NCBI GenBank assembly: GCA_963813715.1
Contig: CAWFAK010000005.1
Span: 1,056,001-1,120,000 of the forward strand
Length of the DNA stretch: 64,000 nucleotides
From: an uncultured Planctomycetaceae bacterium
GTDB taxonomy: Bacteria; Planctomycetota; Planctomycetia; Planctomycetales; Planctomycetaceae
Reading direction: 5' to 3'
Part shown: positions 50,054 through 62,907 of the stretch, piece after piece
How positions within the stretch are numbered: the stretch's first letter is position 1
How the letters are laid out: each line of letters opens with the position of its first letter
Position numbers and translations under genes: made by a program
Notes under the pieces: generated by a model
Seen by the model: the letters and a program-made list of their open reading frames with translations, nothing else
What the model was told of the DNA's origin: nothing
Databases searched by the model: none

Positions 50054-51909
50054 GACTTCCCGGCTCCTTGAGCGTCGGTCGCAGTGGACTGGGTGCGCTC
50101 GCGCACCCAACGGAGCAGGGCTTCCTGGAGTTCACTGAAGGCGACGTCCGTTTCCGCCTTCAGAGCGGCCAGCGAGACGCCGGCGCAGGAAGAGCACGGG
50201 CGAAGAAATAAAACTTCACCTTAGGCTCGGTGCCCGACGGTCGGACGGCAATCGAAAACTGCCGCGAGCTGTTTGCCGAATCGAGAAACAGCAAATCGCC
50301 CCGATCCGACTGCAGCATGTCGCACACTCGTCCGCCGGGAATCGAGCGGGCTACTTGTTCGCGGTAGTCCCGCAGCGCGGTCAGACGCACTCCGGCCAAT
50401 TCCGCGGGCGGATGTTCGCGGAACTCCTTCATCAGCGAGTCGAGCCGCAATCGCCCCTGCGCCCGGCGTGCTCGAACGAACGTTGCGCCTCCGCAAAATA
50501 GCCGTGCTGCGAATATAAACGGTCGAGATCGTCCAGCAGCGTCCGGTGCTGCGACTTCAGCTCGGAGGCCAACTCCATCACGTAGAGGGCGGCAACGGCG
50601 GCGTCCTTGTCGCGGCAATAGTCGCCGGCGAGATAACCGAGCGACTCCTCCGCGCCGAAGACGAATTTGTCCGCCCCCAGCTCTTCGACGGTGCGGGCGA
50701 TGTATTTGAAACCGACGAGCAAATTGTCGACGACGCGAACGCCCGCCGCCTCGGCCACGCGCGGAACATCGGCGTCGTCACCAGCGTGGTACAGACAAAA
50801 TTGTCCGCACTCAGTTCGACCGGCAGCCCGTCGTCGCCGAAGCACATAATCCAAAAGCAGCACGCCCACTTGGTTGCCGGTGAGAGGAACGCAACGGCCG
50901 TCGCCGTCTCGCACGGCGACGCCCAGGCGATCGGCGTCGGGATCGGTTGCCAGCACGAGGTCGGCCGCACTGGCCTCCGCCTGCGCACAGGCCGGACCCA
51001 GCGCACCGGGCAGCTCGGGGTTAGGCAGCTGGTGGGGCACGTTCGGAAAGTCGCCGTCGAGCGTACGCTGCGGTTCGAAAACGTCCACGCGATTGAATCC
51101 AGCGGCGGAGAGCACCCGCGAGACCGAGCTTTCGCCGACACCATGCAGAGGCGTGAAGACGGCGTGGGCTCCGCGCGCGGTCGACAGGCTGAGGCCGGCG
51201 ACCGCGGCAACGTAGGCGCGATCGATCTCGTCACCGACGAGTACGATCGATCCCTGGGCCACGGCTGCGTCAAAATCGACCGACGGAATCTCGCCCGCCT
51301 GGGCCACGCAGTCGACGATCCCGCGGTCGTGCGGCGGCAGCACTTGCCCACCCGTCGACCAGTAGGCTTTGAACCCATTGTCGCTCGGCGGATTGTGCGA
51401 TGCGGAAATCACCACGCCGACGTCGCAGCCCAAGTGCCGGACCGCAAAGGACAGCTCCGGTGTCGCCCTCGGCTCGTCGAAGAGAAAGACCTTTAAGCCT
51501 GCCGCGGCGAGGGTCGTGGCGGTGATCTGTGCGAACTCGCGAGAGCGATGACGCGTGTCGTACGCGACAGCGGCGCGGCCTCCGTCCGTGCCCTTCAATT
51601 TGTGGAGATAGGCGGCGAGGCCAAACGCCGATTCCGCAATGGTCCGCGCGTTGATCGTGGCCGTGCCCAACGGAGCCATGCGTCCGCGACGTCCGCCCGT
51701 GCCGAACGGGATGATCTCCCAAAACAAATCATTCAACTCGGCGAACTTCTGCTGGCGGATCAGGTCCATCAGCGGGCCGCGGTAGCTCTCGAACGGCGGT
51801 CCCGTCAGCCAATGCTTGAGATTCCGCAAGGCTTCCGAAGAGAGGGCGCCGGATTCGCGGCCCCATCGACGGCCGCCAGGCAGACTGCGACGTCGGCGGG
51901 ATCGGACAT
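50050..51909 (-). CDS. Phosphohexomutase (PGM/PMM family); several frameshifts
   Basis: FGTGGRRG, ISASHNP, DPDADR, GAEESLG, RPSGTEPKVKFY. Confidence 0.92.
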
Positions 51910-52316
51910 GGGCGTGGACGAGCTTGAATTCAAACGCGCAGGGCCGATGCAGCAAGGGTGCGAGGTCGCAAGAGTGCGAGGACGGAGAAGCAGGGCAAAG
52001 TGAGCGCGGGTTCGAGTTTAGCAAACTCGACGATACGCCAACGGATCGGCTCTTGAGAAAGCCTGCTGTTGGTCAGAAAAGCATGGTGGCGGAACAAAAA
52101 AGACGCGCCGACTAGGGGGTCCGGCGCGTCTTCTTCAGAGGAGTCGTTTCCGTCATCCATTTCTGGACAATCAATAGTTCCTACGCCGCCCGGATGGCGA
52201 GCGCTGGGAGATTTTGGGAGTGAAAAGAGAAAATCCCATCGGTCGCATTTAACCCATTCGCCCAATACACTTACGATCTTGAACGGCCGACAGTTTTCGT
52301 CCCGGAAAGACAAGAA

Positions 52317-55262
52317 ATGCCCCGCTACGACCCGAAGCGAATTGAGTCCAAGTGGCAACGCTACTGGGACGAAAACCAGACGTTCGCCACGCCGGACGCG
52401 GCCCCAGGTCGGAAGAAGCTCTACGTACTGGACATGTTTCCCTACCCGTCGGGGGACGGACTGCACGTCGGGCATCCGGAGGGCTACACCGCCACGGACA
52501 TCGTCTGCCGCTACAACCGCATGCGGGGCAAGCACGTCCTGCACCCGATGGGCTGGGACGCGTTCGGTTTGCCCGCCGAGCAGCACGCCGTCAAAACGGG
52601 GACACACCCGCGAGAGACGACCTACAAAAACATCGAAACGTTCCGCCGCCAGCTGAAGATGCTCGGCTTCAGCTACGACTGGAAGCGCGAGTTTTCGACG
52701 ACCGATCCCGACTACTTCCGCTGGACGCAGTGGATCTTTCTGGTCCTGTTCGACACCTGGTTCGATCGCGACTCCAAGTCGGTCGGCTCAGACGGCCGCA
52801 CACGGAGGGGGCGTGGCCGCCCCATCTCAGAGTTGCCGATCCCAGCTGAAATCGAGCGTCAGGGGGCTGAAGCGGTTCGCCGCTACCAGGACAAGCAGCG
52901 GTTGGCCTATCAGCAGCTCGCGCCGGTCAACTGGTGCGCGGCGCTGGGGACGGTGCTGGCCAACGAGGAGGTCATCGACGGCAAGAGCGAGCGGGGCGGA
53001 CATCCGGTCACGCGAATCAGCATGCGGCAGTGGATGCTCAGGATCACCGAATACGCTGACCGGCTGCTCGACGGGCTCGACGATCTCGATTGGAGCGAGT
53101 CGATCAAGACCCTGCAGCGAAACTGGATTGGCCGCAGCCAGGGGGCCGAAGTCGACTTCTTTATCGGCGAGCCGGGCAGCGGTGAGCTCGAACAGGCCTC
53201 TGCCGCGTGGAAAAAGCAGCGGGCGTCGAGCGGTTTTCCCGCGGAGCCCGGCGACGACGTCTTGCGGATTTACACGACTCGGCCGGACACGCTGTTCGGT
53301 GCCACGTACATGGTGCTGGCGCCCGAGCATCCGTTTGTCGAACGGCTCGCCACGGCTGCGCAAAAGCCGGCCGTCGATCAGTATCGCAAGCAGGCCGCGG
53401 GCAAAAGCGATCTCGACCGGACCGACCTGGCGAAGGAAAAGACGGGCGTCTTCACCGGCGCCTTTGCGATCAATCCGGTCAACGCCCAGAAAATTCCGAT
53501 CTGGATTGCCGACTACGTGCTGGCCAGTTACGGCACTGGCGCGATCATGGCCGTGCCGGCTCACGACCTGCGAGACTGGGAGTTCGCGGTCCGTTTCCAA
53601 CTGCCCATCGTCCCCGTGGTGCAGCCGCCGCCCGCTTACGAGCCGACACGCGAGGAGTCGGCACTGACGGCGACGATCAACGGTCAAGCGAGAACTCCGT
53701 TCGTCGGCCTGGGCACGGCCATGAATTCGGGGACGTATAACGGCACGCCCACCGCCACGTTCAAGCCGAAGATCACGGCGGACCTGGCGGCGGCGGGAAT
53801 CGGCCGCGAGGCTGTCAACTATCGGCTGCGTGACTGGCTATTCAGCCGGCAGCACTATTGGGGCGAACCGTTTCCGATCTGGCACGAGCTCGACGCGCAG
53901 GGAAATCCGACGGGACTGTTGCGCGCCGCGTCAGATAGCGAACTGCCGATTACGTTGCCCGAAATGTCCGACTTCAAGCCGTCGGGCAGGCCGGAGCCTC
54001 CGCTGGCCAAAGCGCCGGCCGAGTGGCTCTACAAAACGGACAAGGACGGCACGCGGCTGGCCCGCGAAACCAACACCATGCCGCAATGGGCCGGCTCGTG
54101 CTGGTACTACCTGCGGTTCATCGACCCGAAGAACTCGCACAGCCTGGTCGACGTGCAAAAAGAAAAGTATTGGATGCCCGTCGACCTGTACGTCGGCGGC
54201 GCCGAACACGCCGTGCTGCACCTGCTCTACTCGCGGTTCTGGCACAAGGTGCTCTTCGATCGGGGCTACGTCAGCACGGCCGAACCGTTCCAGAAGCTGG
54301 TGAACCAGGGCATGATCCTGGGCGAGGCGGAGCTCACGCGCTTCCGAACGGCCAGCGGCAGTGACGTGCCGGTCGACGAGGTCACCGCCGGGCCGGACGG
54401 CAGCGAGGTCTGGTCGAAGACGAAAGAGCCGGTGCAGTCGATCTCGATGGTCCCGCGCGAGTGGGACCGCGAAGGGGAGGAGTACGTTCGTCGCGCCGAT
54501 GCGCCCGGAGAAGCGGTCGGCCAGCGGTTGCCGCAGCGGATGGTCGTGCAGCGGACTTACAAGATGTCGAAGTCGCGAGGCAATGTCATCAATCCGGACA
54601 CCGTGGTGGCCGACTACGGCGCCGACGCGCTGCGCCTCTACGAGATGTTCATGGGTCCGCTGGAAGCGACTAAGCCCTGGAGCATGAGCGGCGTCGAAGG
54701 GATCAGCCGATTCCTGGGTCGGGTCTGGCGGATGATTGCCGACGAGCGGGCCGACGACGTGCGTCTGTCGTCCGGCGTGCGCGACGTGCCGGCGACGCCC
54801 GAACAGCTCCGCATTTTGCATCGCACGATCAAGGCCGTCACCGACGACCTCGAAAAAATGTCGTTCAACACATCGATCAGCCGGCTGATGGAGTTCACCA
54901 ACGAGATCTCGCAGGCCGATCCGCGTCCCCGAGCGCTGCTCGAGCCGTTCGTGCTGCTCCTGAGCCCGCTCGCGCCCCATCTGGCCGAGGAACTGTGGCA
55001 AATTCTGGGACACTCGTCGACGCTGGCTTACGAACCGTGGCCGGCCTTCGACGAATCGTTGATTGCCGAAAGCGAGATCGATGTGCCGGTGCAGGTGAAC
55101 GGCAAGTTGCGGGGCAAAATCCGCGTGCCGGTCGGCGCCGACCAGTCGGCCATCGAAGCCGCGGCTCGCGCCGACACCGGCGTCGCCGGCTACCTGGCCG
55201 GCAAAATGGTCGTCAAGGTGATCTACGTCCCCGGGCGGCTGCTCAACTTCGTCGTGAAGTGA
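52317..55262 (+). CDS. leuS: Leucine--tRNA ligase
   Basis: MFPYPSG.GLHVGH (HIGH), [12 protein letters not shown] editing motif, KMSKS. Confidence 0.98.
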   Translation: MPRYDPKRIESKWQRYWDENQTFATPDAAPGRKKLYVLDMFPYPSGDGLHVGHPEGYTATDIVCRYNRMRGKHVLHPMGWDAFGLPAEQHAVKTGTHPRETTYKNIETFRRQLKMLGFSYDWKREFSTTDPDYFRWTQWIFLVLFDTWFDRDSKSVGSDGRTRRGRGRPISELPIPAEIERQGAEAVRRYQDKQRLAYQQLAPVNWCAALGTVLANEEVIDGKSERGGHPVTRISMRQWMLRITEYADRLLDGLDDLDWSESIKTLQRNWIGRSQGAEVDFFIGEPGSGELEQASAAWKKQRASSGFPAEPGDDVLRIYTTRPDTLFGATYMVLAPEHPFVERLATAAQKPAVDQYRKQAAGKSDLDRTDLAKEKTGVFTGAFAINPVNAQKIPIWIADYVLASYGTGAIMAVPAHDLRDWEFAVRFQLPIVPVVQPPPAYEPTREESALTATINGQARTPFVGLGTAMNSGTYNGTPTATFKPKITADLAAAGIGREAVNYRLRDWLFSRQHYWGEPFPIWHELDAQGNPTGLLRAASDSELPITLPEMSDFKPSGRPEPPLAKAPAEWLYKTDKDGTRLARETNTMPQWAGSCWYYLRFIDPKNSHSLVDVQKEKYWMPVDLYVGGAEHAVLHLLYSRFWHKVLFDRGYVSTAEPFQKLVNQGMILGEAELTRFRTASGSDVPVDEVTAGPDGSEVWSKTKEPVQSISMVPREWDREGEEYVRRADAPGEAVGQRLPQRMVVQRTYKMSKSRGNVINPDTVVADYGADALRLYEMFMGPLEATKPWSMSGVEGISRFLGRVWRMIADERADDVRLSSGVRDVPATPEQLRILHRTIKAVTDDLEKMSFNTSISRLMEFTNEISQADPRPRALLEPFVLLLSPLAPHLAEELWQILGHSSTLAYEPWPAFDESLIAESEIDVPVQVNGKLRGKIRVPVGADQSAIEAAARADTGVAGYLAGKMVVKVIYVPGRLLNFVVK

Positions 55263-55686
55263 CGGTTCGCACTGAAGTGACGGGCTAAAGGGAAGTTGGG
55301 CTGCGTCGATCGGATGGTCGGGCGACTGCCGGCTGCTGCAATCGCCCCCGGACGTAAGATTCCTCAAGAATCGACGTTGTCGAGGTGGATATGGCACGTT
55401 CTGCCGATTGGGGCTGCGGAGGACCGTCGGGACCTTGATTCCGCGCAGGTCTCCCCGGAAGAATGGCTACGAGCCGGCAGTTTGCCGGTCAGGACGAAGC
55501 GGCGTTTCCGTCCGACAGTTCGCGCCCGATGCAATTGGCAGGTCCGGCAGAGGCCGCGTGGTGTTGACCCGCAAGTCGCGGGATGGAGTCGCCGGTTGGT
55601 TTTCGGCTGAGCAAGCGCGGAATGATTCCCGATATCTGCTTGGGCCAGAAAGATACGCATGCCAGCAGCATCTGGAGAAAGCCGCA

Positions 55687-56178
55687 ATGAGCCATTCGCA
55701 CCTGGGTGTCAAACATCTCTTGGCGCAGATCGAGACTGATCGTTCCCGTCGGGCCAATCGTAAGAATCGCCCCGAGTGGCTGGACGGGCTGGTCGAAGAG
55801 GCCGCCGCCAGTTTCGAGCCGCTGACCGGCGTTGCCCGCGTCGGTTACGAGTGCTTGCCAGAGGAGGGGGGCTGGAATGTCACTGTTTATTTGGGTGCGG
55901 TCGAGATGGTTGGCGGAAAGTCCGACGGCATGACACGGCTGCCCGACTTTCGCTGCGATCTCAAGCGGTTGCTCGAGCAGTTCGCCCAGATCGATGAACT
56001 GGAATGGACCGTCTGGCCGCAGGGGCCCGGCGATGGCGGTCCGGCTCAACTGTCGGTAGTGACGGTTGGCGGGATGGTCGGCACGAGCCGCGTTTGTCTG
56101 CGGGTGCGATCTTCGGCCCCGGAGGCGCTCGGTCCGGGCTTGCGTGAGTTCCCCGACGGGCGGGTGGAATCGGTCTGA
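55687..56178 (+). CDS. Hypothetical protein
   Basis: ATG start within ORF 55408..56178 after GGAGA; globular composition. Confidence 0.6.
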   Translation: MSHSHLGVKHLLAQIETDRSRRANRKNRPEWLDGLVEEAAASFEPLTGVARVGYECLPEEGGWNVTVYLGAVEMVGGKSDGMTRLPDFRCDLKRLLEQFAQIDELEWTVWPQGPGDGGPAQLSVVTVGGMVGTSRVCLRVRSSAPEALGPGLREFPDGRVESV

Positions 56179-56747
56179 GCCAGCCCGATTTCTGAGTCGG
56201 CTCGGCTCAAACACCGCGCAGGAACAGATCGGGTGAGACGTTCGCAGTGGGCGATCTCGGTCATCCTGTCGAGTATCACGCGTTGCAGAGAAGCTGCCTC
56301 CACTCGCGTTGCCCGCGCCGTCGGCCCGTGATTCAGCGGATCATTGCTTCTCCGGCCGCTTTTGTGCCGGGCACAATCCCGTGCCGGGCTAATCCCGCCC
56401 GGCCAACTGTGCGTCATTCGGTCGGCCGCCGCCTCGGCTCCGAAAACGGCTCACGACCCAAATCAGGCACCTCGCCAGAGCCGCAGGTACGCGAAGGCTT
56501 CCGCGCAGCGGTCATTCGCGCCCCGAATGGGCCGAGCTATGCTGCACGGAAGAGACTGGCGTTCCAGTACCTGACAACGTCGACGTGATCCAAAGTACGG
56601 ATCGCCGCGTGCGACGACGACTCGAACCGATGTCCCGCAACGGCTTCGATCTGCCCCGGCCACTTTAACGTCAGCGCGACAAGCGACTGTTGATCGTAGA
56701 GGCCAATTAATTAACACCGACCGTCCGGGGTCGGATCGCGAATTCTT

Positions 56748-59030
56748 ATGAAACCGTCGTTAATTTTTTCTGCGATCGGCGCGAGCTGCGGGGCGCTCGT
56801 GCTGGCCGCCCTCTTTTGGTGGCCCCTGTTTCGTGGCGGTGGGTTCGTCGGTGGAGACGTTTACAGCTATTACCTTCCGCAGAAGGTGGTCTACGCCGAA
56901 CACTTGCGACACGCCGAGCTGCCGCTGTGGAATGACCGGGCCGGTCACGGTTACCCGATCGTGGGCGAAAGCCAAACCGGCGCCTTCTATCCGCCGAATG
57001 CGATTCTCTATCGGCTGCTCGGTGTCAATGCGGCCTACAACGCCAACCACGTGCTGCATTATCTGCTCGCGGTTTTTTTTGCTTGGATGTATGCCCGCGC
57101 GATCGGTTTGAGCGTCTGGTCGTCCGGGCTGACGGCCCTCGTCTTTGTTTATGCCTGGTTTCCGCCGCGCTGCTGTTGGGAGTGGGCCATCGTGGGCGGC
57201 GCTTGGATGCCGGCCGCCTTCTGGTGCGTCGAAGATTTCTTGCAGACGCTTCGCGGCCGCGCTCTGCTCGGGCTGACGGCCGTGATCGCGATGCAATTGC
57301 TCGCGGGGCATTTCAACCTGGCCTTTCTGACTTTGCTGGCGCTCGTCCCGTACATCGTGTTGCGCGTTGTCTTTGCACAACCAACGACGCTGGCGGTCGC
57401 GGGCCGTGCCGCGCGATGCGGATCATGCTTCCTCTCGCAGCGCTGGTTTGCGGCTTTGGCCTGGCAGCCGTCCAGCTCGGACCAACCTGGGAATTGAAAC
57501 AGGTCAGTCAGCGAGAAACGCCCGGCGCGCACCATCGCCTCGAGCAGGGCTCCATTCCGTTTTGGTATTGGTCGCAGGCGGTGCGGCCCTGGTATTGGTA
57601 TTCGGCAAAGACCGACCGCGACGCCGCACTTCGTGCGTCGGAGGCCGACCTCGGCGCTCCGACCAACCAGGTCGAGGCGCAGCTCTACTTCGGGCTCATC
57701 CCGTTGATCCTGGCGCTAGCCGAAATCGTCCCCGCATTTCGCACACGCGATCGCGTCAGTCTCATCTGGCTCGCGCTGGCTCTGGCGGCCCTGGTTTACA
57801 CGCCTGGATGGCTTCTGCCGATCACGCGTCACATTCCGGGCTTCGACTTCTTTCAGGATCCGGGACGTTACGGCTTGATCACGACGTTCGGTGTGGCGGT
57901 GCTAGCCGGCAAATCGCTCGACCGATTGCGAAACACGGGAGCGTTGTGGCTGGCTCTGGCGCTCTTGGGCGGATTTCTTGCCGCGATGTGGACGGCCCTC
58001 GCGCTCACCTCGCAGGCCGAGGATTTGACGGGAAGCGGTGATTCGGTTAGCCCGTTCGTGCTTGGACCGCTCACAGTCTCATCGGGATTTGTTTCGGGAC
58101 TGACGGTCATCGGGCTGATCACGCTCGTGCTGGCCATCCTGGCCCAATACTCCGCGCGCACGCCCGACCGGTCGCAACCGTCCTCGATTGGCACCGCGAT
58201 CTTTACGGCCTGCGCGCTCGTGGTGACGGCCCTCGACTTGTGGCTCGTGAGCCGCGTGGTCACGTACAGCGTGATGGTGGCCGATCCGCCGATCAATCAT
58301 CTTGCACAGAGCCCGGTCCGCAAGATCCTGGCAGAGCGAGGCGGCACGGCCCGAGTCTATGCTCCGTTTCCAAACTTGGGGACGGTGCTCGACGCGGCGG
58401 CCACGCCGGTCTACCTGACGTTCGGCCCAGCTGCTTACGATGACCCAAAACTCACCATGCCCAGCGGACCCGGTGCGACTCCCGCGCAGCAGGTCGATTG
58501 GATGCGGCGGGCCGGCGTCACACACATCCTCAGCTTTGAGCCGCCGGCTCGGCTCGGCTATCCGGCCCGCGTTGTCTGGAGCGGTTTCGATCCGCTGTTG
58601 AATCCGGCAATGGCGCGATTCGGCGAACCGTTTTATCTCTCCGAGCTCGCAGCCAGTCGCGGGCGAGTAGCCTGGGAGCATCCCGATGCGCATCGCACGG
58701 CAAAGATCACGAACTTCCGCTCCGACCGCGTCACCGCGCAGGCCGATTCACCGGCTGACGACCGGCTGATCCTGACCGATTTGATGTATCCGGGTTGGCA
58801 AGTGACGGTCGATGGTGCACCGGCCCAGCCGCTCACGATCGACGGCATGCTGCGGGGCGTCGACGTTCCCGCAGGTTCGCACACGGTCGTCTGGTCGTAT
58901 CATCCGCGGTCCCTTCTATTGGGGCCTGGCCGTCAGCCTGGTCACGTTCGTGTTCCTGGCGGCCGTCGCCCACGTGCGGTACTGGCACCCGCAACGGTTG
59001 GCATTTCTCGATCCGGCACGTCATCCATGA
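56748..59030 (+). CDS. YfhO-like (GT-C) polytopic membrane protein, paralog 1; frameshifts
   Basis: GGD.Y.Y.LPQK, LPLWN...GYP, GAFYPPN, QLLAGH, C-terminal YPGW.VTVDG. Confidence 0.8.
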
Positions 59031-61305
59031 CCGCCCGCGGATTTAAGGTCGCGGCTGCCGCGATCGGCTTCACGCTCTTGTTCTGGTGGCCGCTCGCGTG
59101 CGGCGGCGGGCTGGTGGGCGGCGATACGTATCGCTACTTCCTGCCGCAGAAAGTTGTCTACGCCGAGTTGCTCCACCGCCACGAGCTGCCCCTCTGGAAC
59201 AGTTGGGTCGGCTTTGGGTATCCGATCATCGGCGAGAGCCAAACCGGCGTCTTTTATCCTCCCAACGTTCTTCTGTATTCGCTGCTGTCGGTGAACACGG
59301 CCTACAACTTCAACTTCCTCCTGCATTACGTGCTGGCGTTTCTCTTCACCTGGATGTACGCCCGCGCGATCGGTCTCAGCGGTTGGGGAAGCGGACTCGC
59401 GGCGCTGGTCTTCACGTTCGGTTGGTTTCCTCCGCGCAGCGGCCTCGAATGGGCCATCCTGACAGGCGCCTGGCTCCCGGCAGCCCTTTGGAGCTGCGAA
59501 CGATTCCTGGTGACGCGACGCCCCCGGTTCGCCCTCCTGCTCTCGATCGTGTTGTGTTTGCAGCTCTTGGCTGGGCACTTCAATCTGGCGTTCCTCACGG
59601 TGCTGACGCTTGTCGCGTACGTGCCGCTGCGACTGTTCTTTGCCAACCGCGATTTGCCGGCGGAGACTCGCACGCGGGCGAAATCACTGGGTGGATTGTC
59701 GCTGGTCGCCGTCGGGACGGCCGGGCTGTTGGCGGCCGTCCAACTCGTGCCGACGTGGCAATTGATGCATCTGAGTCAGCGCGTCGAGCAGGGGCCCGAT
59801 CATAATCTGCGCTCCGGGGCGATTCCGGTTTGGTATTGGTCGCAGCTGGTGGAACCTTGGTATTGGTACGGGCTGGGAACCGATCGGCAGGCTGCCCTGG
59901 ATGCCGCGCGAGCCGAGCTGGGGGGACGCACGAACCCGGTCGAGCGCATCTCTTCGTCGGCTTGGTGCCGCTGCTCTTGGCACTGGCTTGGACCGCGATC
60001 GCAGTTAAGAGGCGCGATCGATTGAGCCTCGTCTGGGCCGGACTGGGGCTCGCCGCTCTCGTCTATACGACCGGTTGGCTGGTGCCGATCGGCCAACACT
60101 TACCGGGCTTCAAATACTTCTCTGCCCCCGGCCGCTATGGGCTGATCACCACACTGGCCGCCGCCGTGCTGGCAGGCAAAGGTCTCGACTGGCTGCGACA
60201 AACCGACGCGCCGGCGCTCCAAGCGGGAGTGCTGGTCGCGTTCGTCGGTGCGATGTTCACCGGGCTGATGCTGACGGGCGAGGCGCAGAGTGTGAGCCAG
60301 CTCAACGGTCGTCCCAGCCCGTTCACGCTCGGCGATCTCACGCTCAGCGATGGCCCGATCTCGGTGTTGTTGTTACTCGGCGTGCTGGCGGCTCTGGTCG
60401 CCTGGGTGGGCCGCTTTTCGGCGCGGGGCTCGACGCGGCAGCTGGCGATGACCTGCGGCCGCTGGACCTTCACGGCGTGCGCGTTCGTCGCGCCGACGCT
60501 CGAGTTCTGGCTCGTCAGCCGCGTCGTGGCGGATAGCGAGCTCGTCGAATCGCCGCCGATCCGCGCTTTGGATGCGAGCCCCGTGCGTGAGCTTCTATCG
60601 AGACAGAAGCAACCCGCGCGGGTTCTTGCGCCCGTTGCCAATTTGCCCTCGGTGCTCGGGGCCGCGGTCACGCCTCCTTACCTCACATTCGCGCCGGCCG
60701 CCTATTTCGATCCCGCCCTGGAGATGCCGCCCGCACCGGCGACCGATTCCAGTCCGGAACAGAAAGCCAAAAGCCTGCGCCAACAAATCGATTGGCTGCG
60801 ACGAGCGGGCGTGACGCACGTGCTGGCGTTCGAGCCGCTCGATGCGGCTTGGCCCGTCCGGCTCGTTTGGGAGGGAGTTGATCCCCTGTTGAACCCGGCG
60901 TGGGCTCGTCTGCAGACTCTGCTCCTATACAAACTCGAGGGAAGTCGGGGACGCGTCGCTTGGGAATCCGCCGCAGCGGGGCAAGAGGCAAGCGTCACCG
61001 ATTACCAGCCCACGCGTGTGGTCCTCGAGGCGCACTCACCGGCGGGCGGGCGACTGATTCTGACCGACTTGCACTATCCCGGCTGGACGGTGACGGTCGA
61101 CGGCGCGACCGCCGAAGCCCAGCTTGTGGACGGACAATTTCGAGGCGTCACGCTCACGGGCGGCGCGCACGAGGTAGTCTGGTCGTACTCTCCGCGCGAC
61201 GTATACTGGGGTCTGTTCGTGAGCGCCGCGGCGTGGGTTGCGTTGGCGTTTCTCGCGTTGACGCTGGCGTGGCGCTCGCGATCAACAACACCTTCAACCG
61301 GATGA
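59027..61305 (+). CDS. YfhO-like (GT-C) polytopic membrane protein, paralog 2; frameshift near 59945
   Basis: Same motifs as paralog 1 along its length; ATGA overlap at 59027-59030. Confidence 0.8.
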
Positions 61306-61313
61306 ACTGAGCC

Positions 61314-62309
61314 ATGAAGGCGGCGTACATCACTCGGACGGGGCCTCCCGAAGTCATCGAGTATGGAGATCTGCCCGATCCTCGGCCCGCCCCGACGCAG
61401 GTGCTGGTGAAGGTGGGTGCGGTCGCCGTCAATCCGATCGATACGTACATTCGCAGCGGCGCGGTCGCCATGATTGCCAACTTTCCGTACATCCTGGGGT
61501 GCGATCTGGCCGGAACTGTCGCCGCTTGCGGGGCTGACGTCCGTGGCATCAAGCCGGGCGATCGGGTGTGGGGGACGAACCAGGGACTGTTCGGACGACA
61601 AGGAACATTTGCCGAATTGGCGGCAGTCGACGAACGCTGGCTCTATCCAACGCCGGCCGATCAGCCGGATACGGAGGCGGCCGCCGGCGCCCTGGTCGGT
61701 ATTACAGCTCATTTGGGGCTCTTCCAAAACGCGAGCCTCAAGCCGGGCGAAACGCTGTTCGTCAACGGCGGCACGGGCGGAGTGGGGGCCGCCGTCGTTC
61801 AGCTGGGAAAATTCGCCGGGGCGCGCGTGATCGCCACGGTTGGTTCGGCGGAGAAGAAAAAACTCTGTGAGAGCTGGGGTGTCGATCTGGCACTCGACTA
61901 TCACTCGCCCACCCTCGATGACGAGATTCGCGCCTTTGCCGGGCCGGGCGGGATCGATGTCTGGTTCGAAACGCAGCGTGAGCCGACGCTCGATCGCACC
62001 GTCTCGCTGATGGCGCCGCGCGGCCGCATCGTACTGATTGCCGGCCGGGCAGCCCGTCCCGAGTTTCCCGTCGGTCCATTTTACACCAAGGACCTGCGAC
62101 TGAACGGCTTTGCGATGTTCAATGCGTCTCCCGAAGAGCAGCGAGCCGCCGCCAAGACGATCGGCGCGCTGTGCCGCCGCGGCGGCTGGAAACCGCAGGT
62201 CGGCCGCAAATTCCCGTTAGCACAGGCGGCCGATGCGCATCGACTGCAGGAAGACAACTCGACCAACAAGCAGGGCTCGCTCAGCGGCAAGATCGTGCTC
62301 GTGCCGTAG
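61314..62309 (+). CDS. NADPH:quinone reductase (MDR/zeta-crystallin family)
   Basis: VNPIDTYIRSG, LGCDLAG, NGGTGGVG, GKIVL. Confidence 0.92.
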   Translation: MKAAYITRTGPPEVIEYGDLPDPRPAPTQVLVKVGAVAVNPIDTYIRSGAVAMIANFPYILGCDLAGTVAACGADVRGIKPGDRVWGTNQGLFGRQGTFAELAAVDERWLYPTPADQPDTEAAAGALVGITAHLGLFQNASLKPGETLFVNGGTGGVGAAVVQLGKFAGARVIATVGSAEKKKLCESWGVDLALDYHSPTLDDEIRAFAGPGGIDVWFETQREPTLDRTVSLMAPRGRIVLIAGRAARPEFPVGPFYTKDLRLNGFAMFNASPEEQRAAAKTIGALCRRGGWKPQVGRKFPLAQAADAHRLQEDNSTNKQGSLSGKIVLVP

Positions 62310-62366
62310 TTGAACTGCGGTCGCCCGCGGGAGATGAATCCGCGGTGTCGAAGTCTGCGGTCGCAG

Positions 62367-62830
62367 TCAGCTCTGTCTGCCGTTGGGCTCGATCGGTTCG
62401 ATCTGCCCCTTGAAATGAGCGAGCGCGTCGGCCGGGTTCATGTTGAACAAAGCCCGGCCGCCGGTCCCCCAACGCCCCCGCTGATAATGAAAGAGGGCCG
62501 CCGCGTCGCGAACCATGCCGACGGCTTCGAGCCCCTCCATGTCGCCCCCTTCGATCGCCTCAAACCGGATGTTGATGCCGGCAAATGCGGTCAGCATTCC
62601 GGACTTGAGATCCCGGCCGAAGGTGACCGTGTCGAGCCAATCGCAATCGACCCACCGCAGGCCGCGCGGCTTTCCGAGCATTGCGCCTGGCGCAGGAACT
62701 GCATCTCCAATTGTTCGCGCTGCAGTCGGAACGCATGAATGGCCCGCTCGTTTTGGCGTCGGCGCCAAGCGCGGAAGGGGGACGACAACCAGGTGAGACA
62801 GATCAAGACATCGGTCCTTTCGATCGGCAC
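62367..62830 (-). CDS. Hypothetical protein (frameshift near 62680)
   Basis: FRLQREQLE.. joins GKPRGLRWVDCDW...FEAIEGGDME...GRALFN. Confidence 0.65.
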
Positions 62831-62907
62831 TGCTGATCAGATATCACCGATCAGCGCCCCGCTGACACTGGCTCGGAGCCCTCGTCGATACTCGGGGCTC
62901 GCGCAAT

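Noticed and set aside
51910..52316. T-box leader upstream of leuS
   Set aside because: No recognisable T-box motif or terminator/antiterminator.
56179..56747. 570-bp intergenic gap as a gene or ncRNA
   Set aside because: Only weak ORFs and a short AT palindrome (AATTAATT); nothing supportable.
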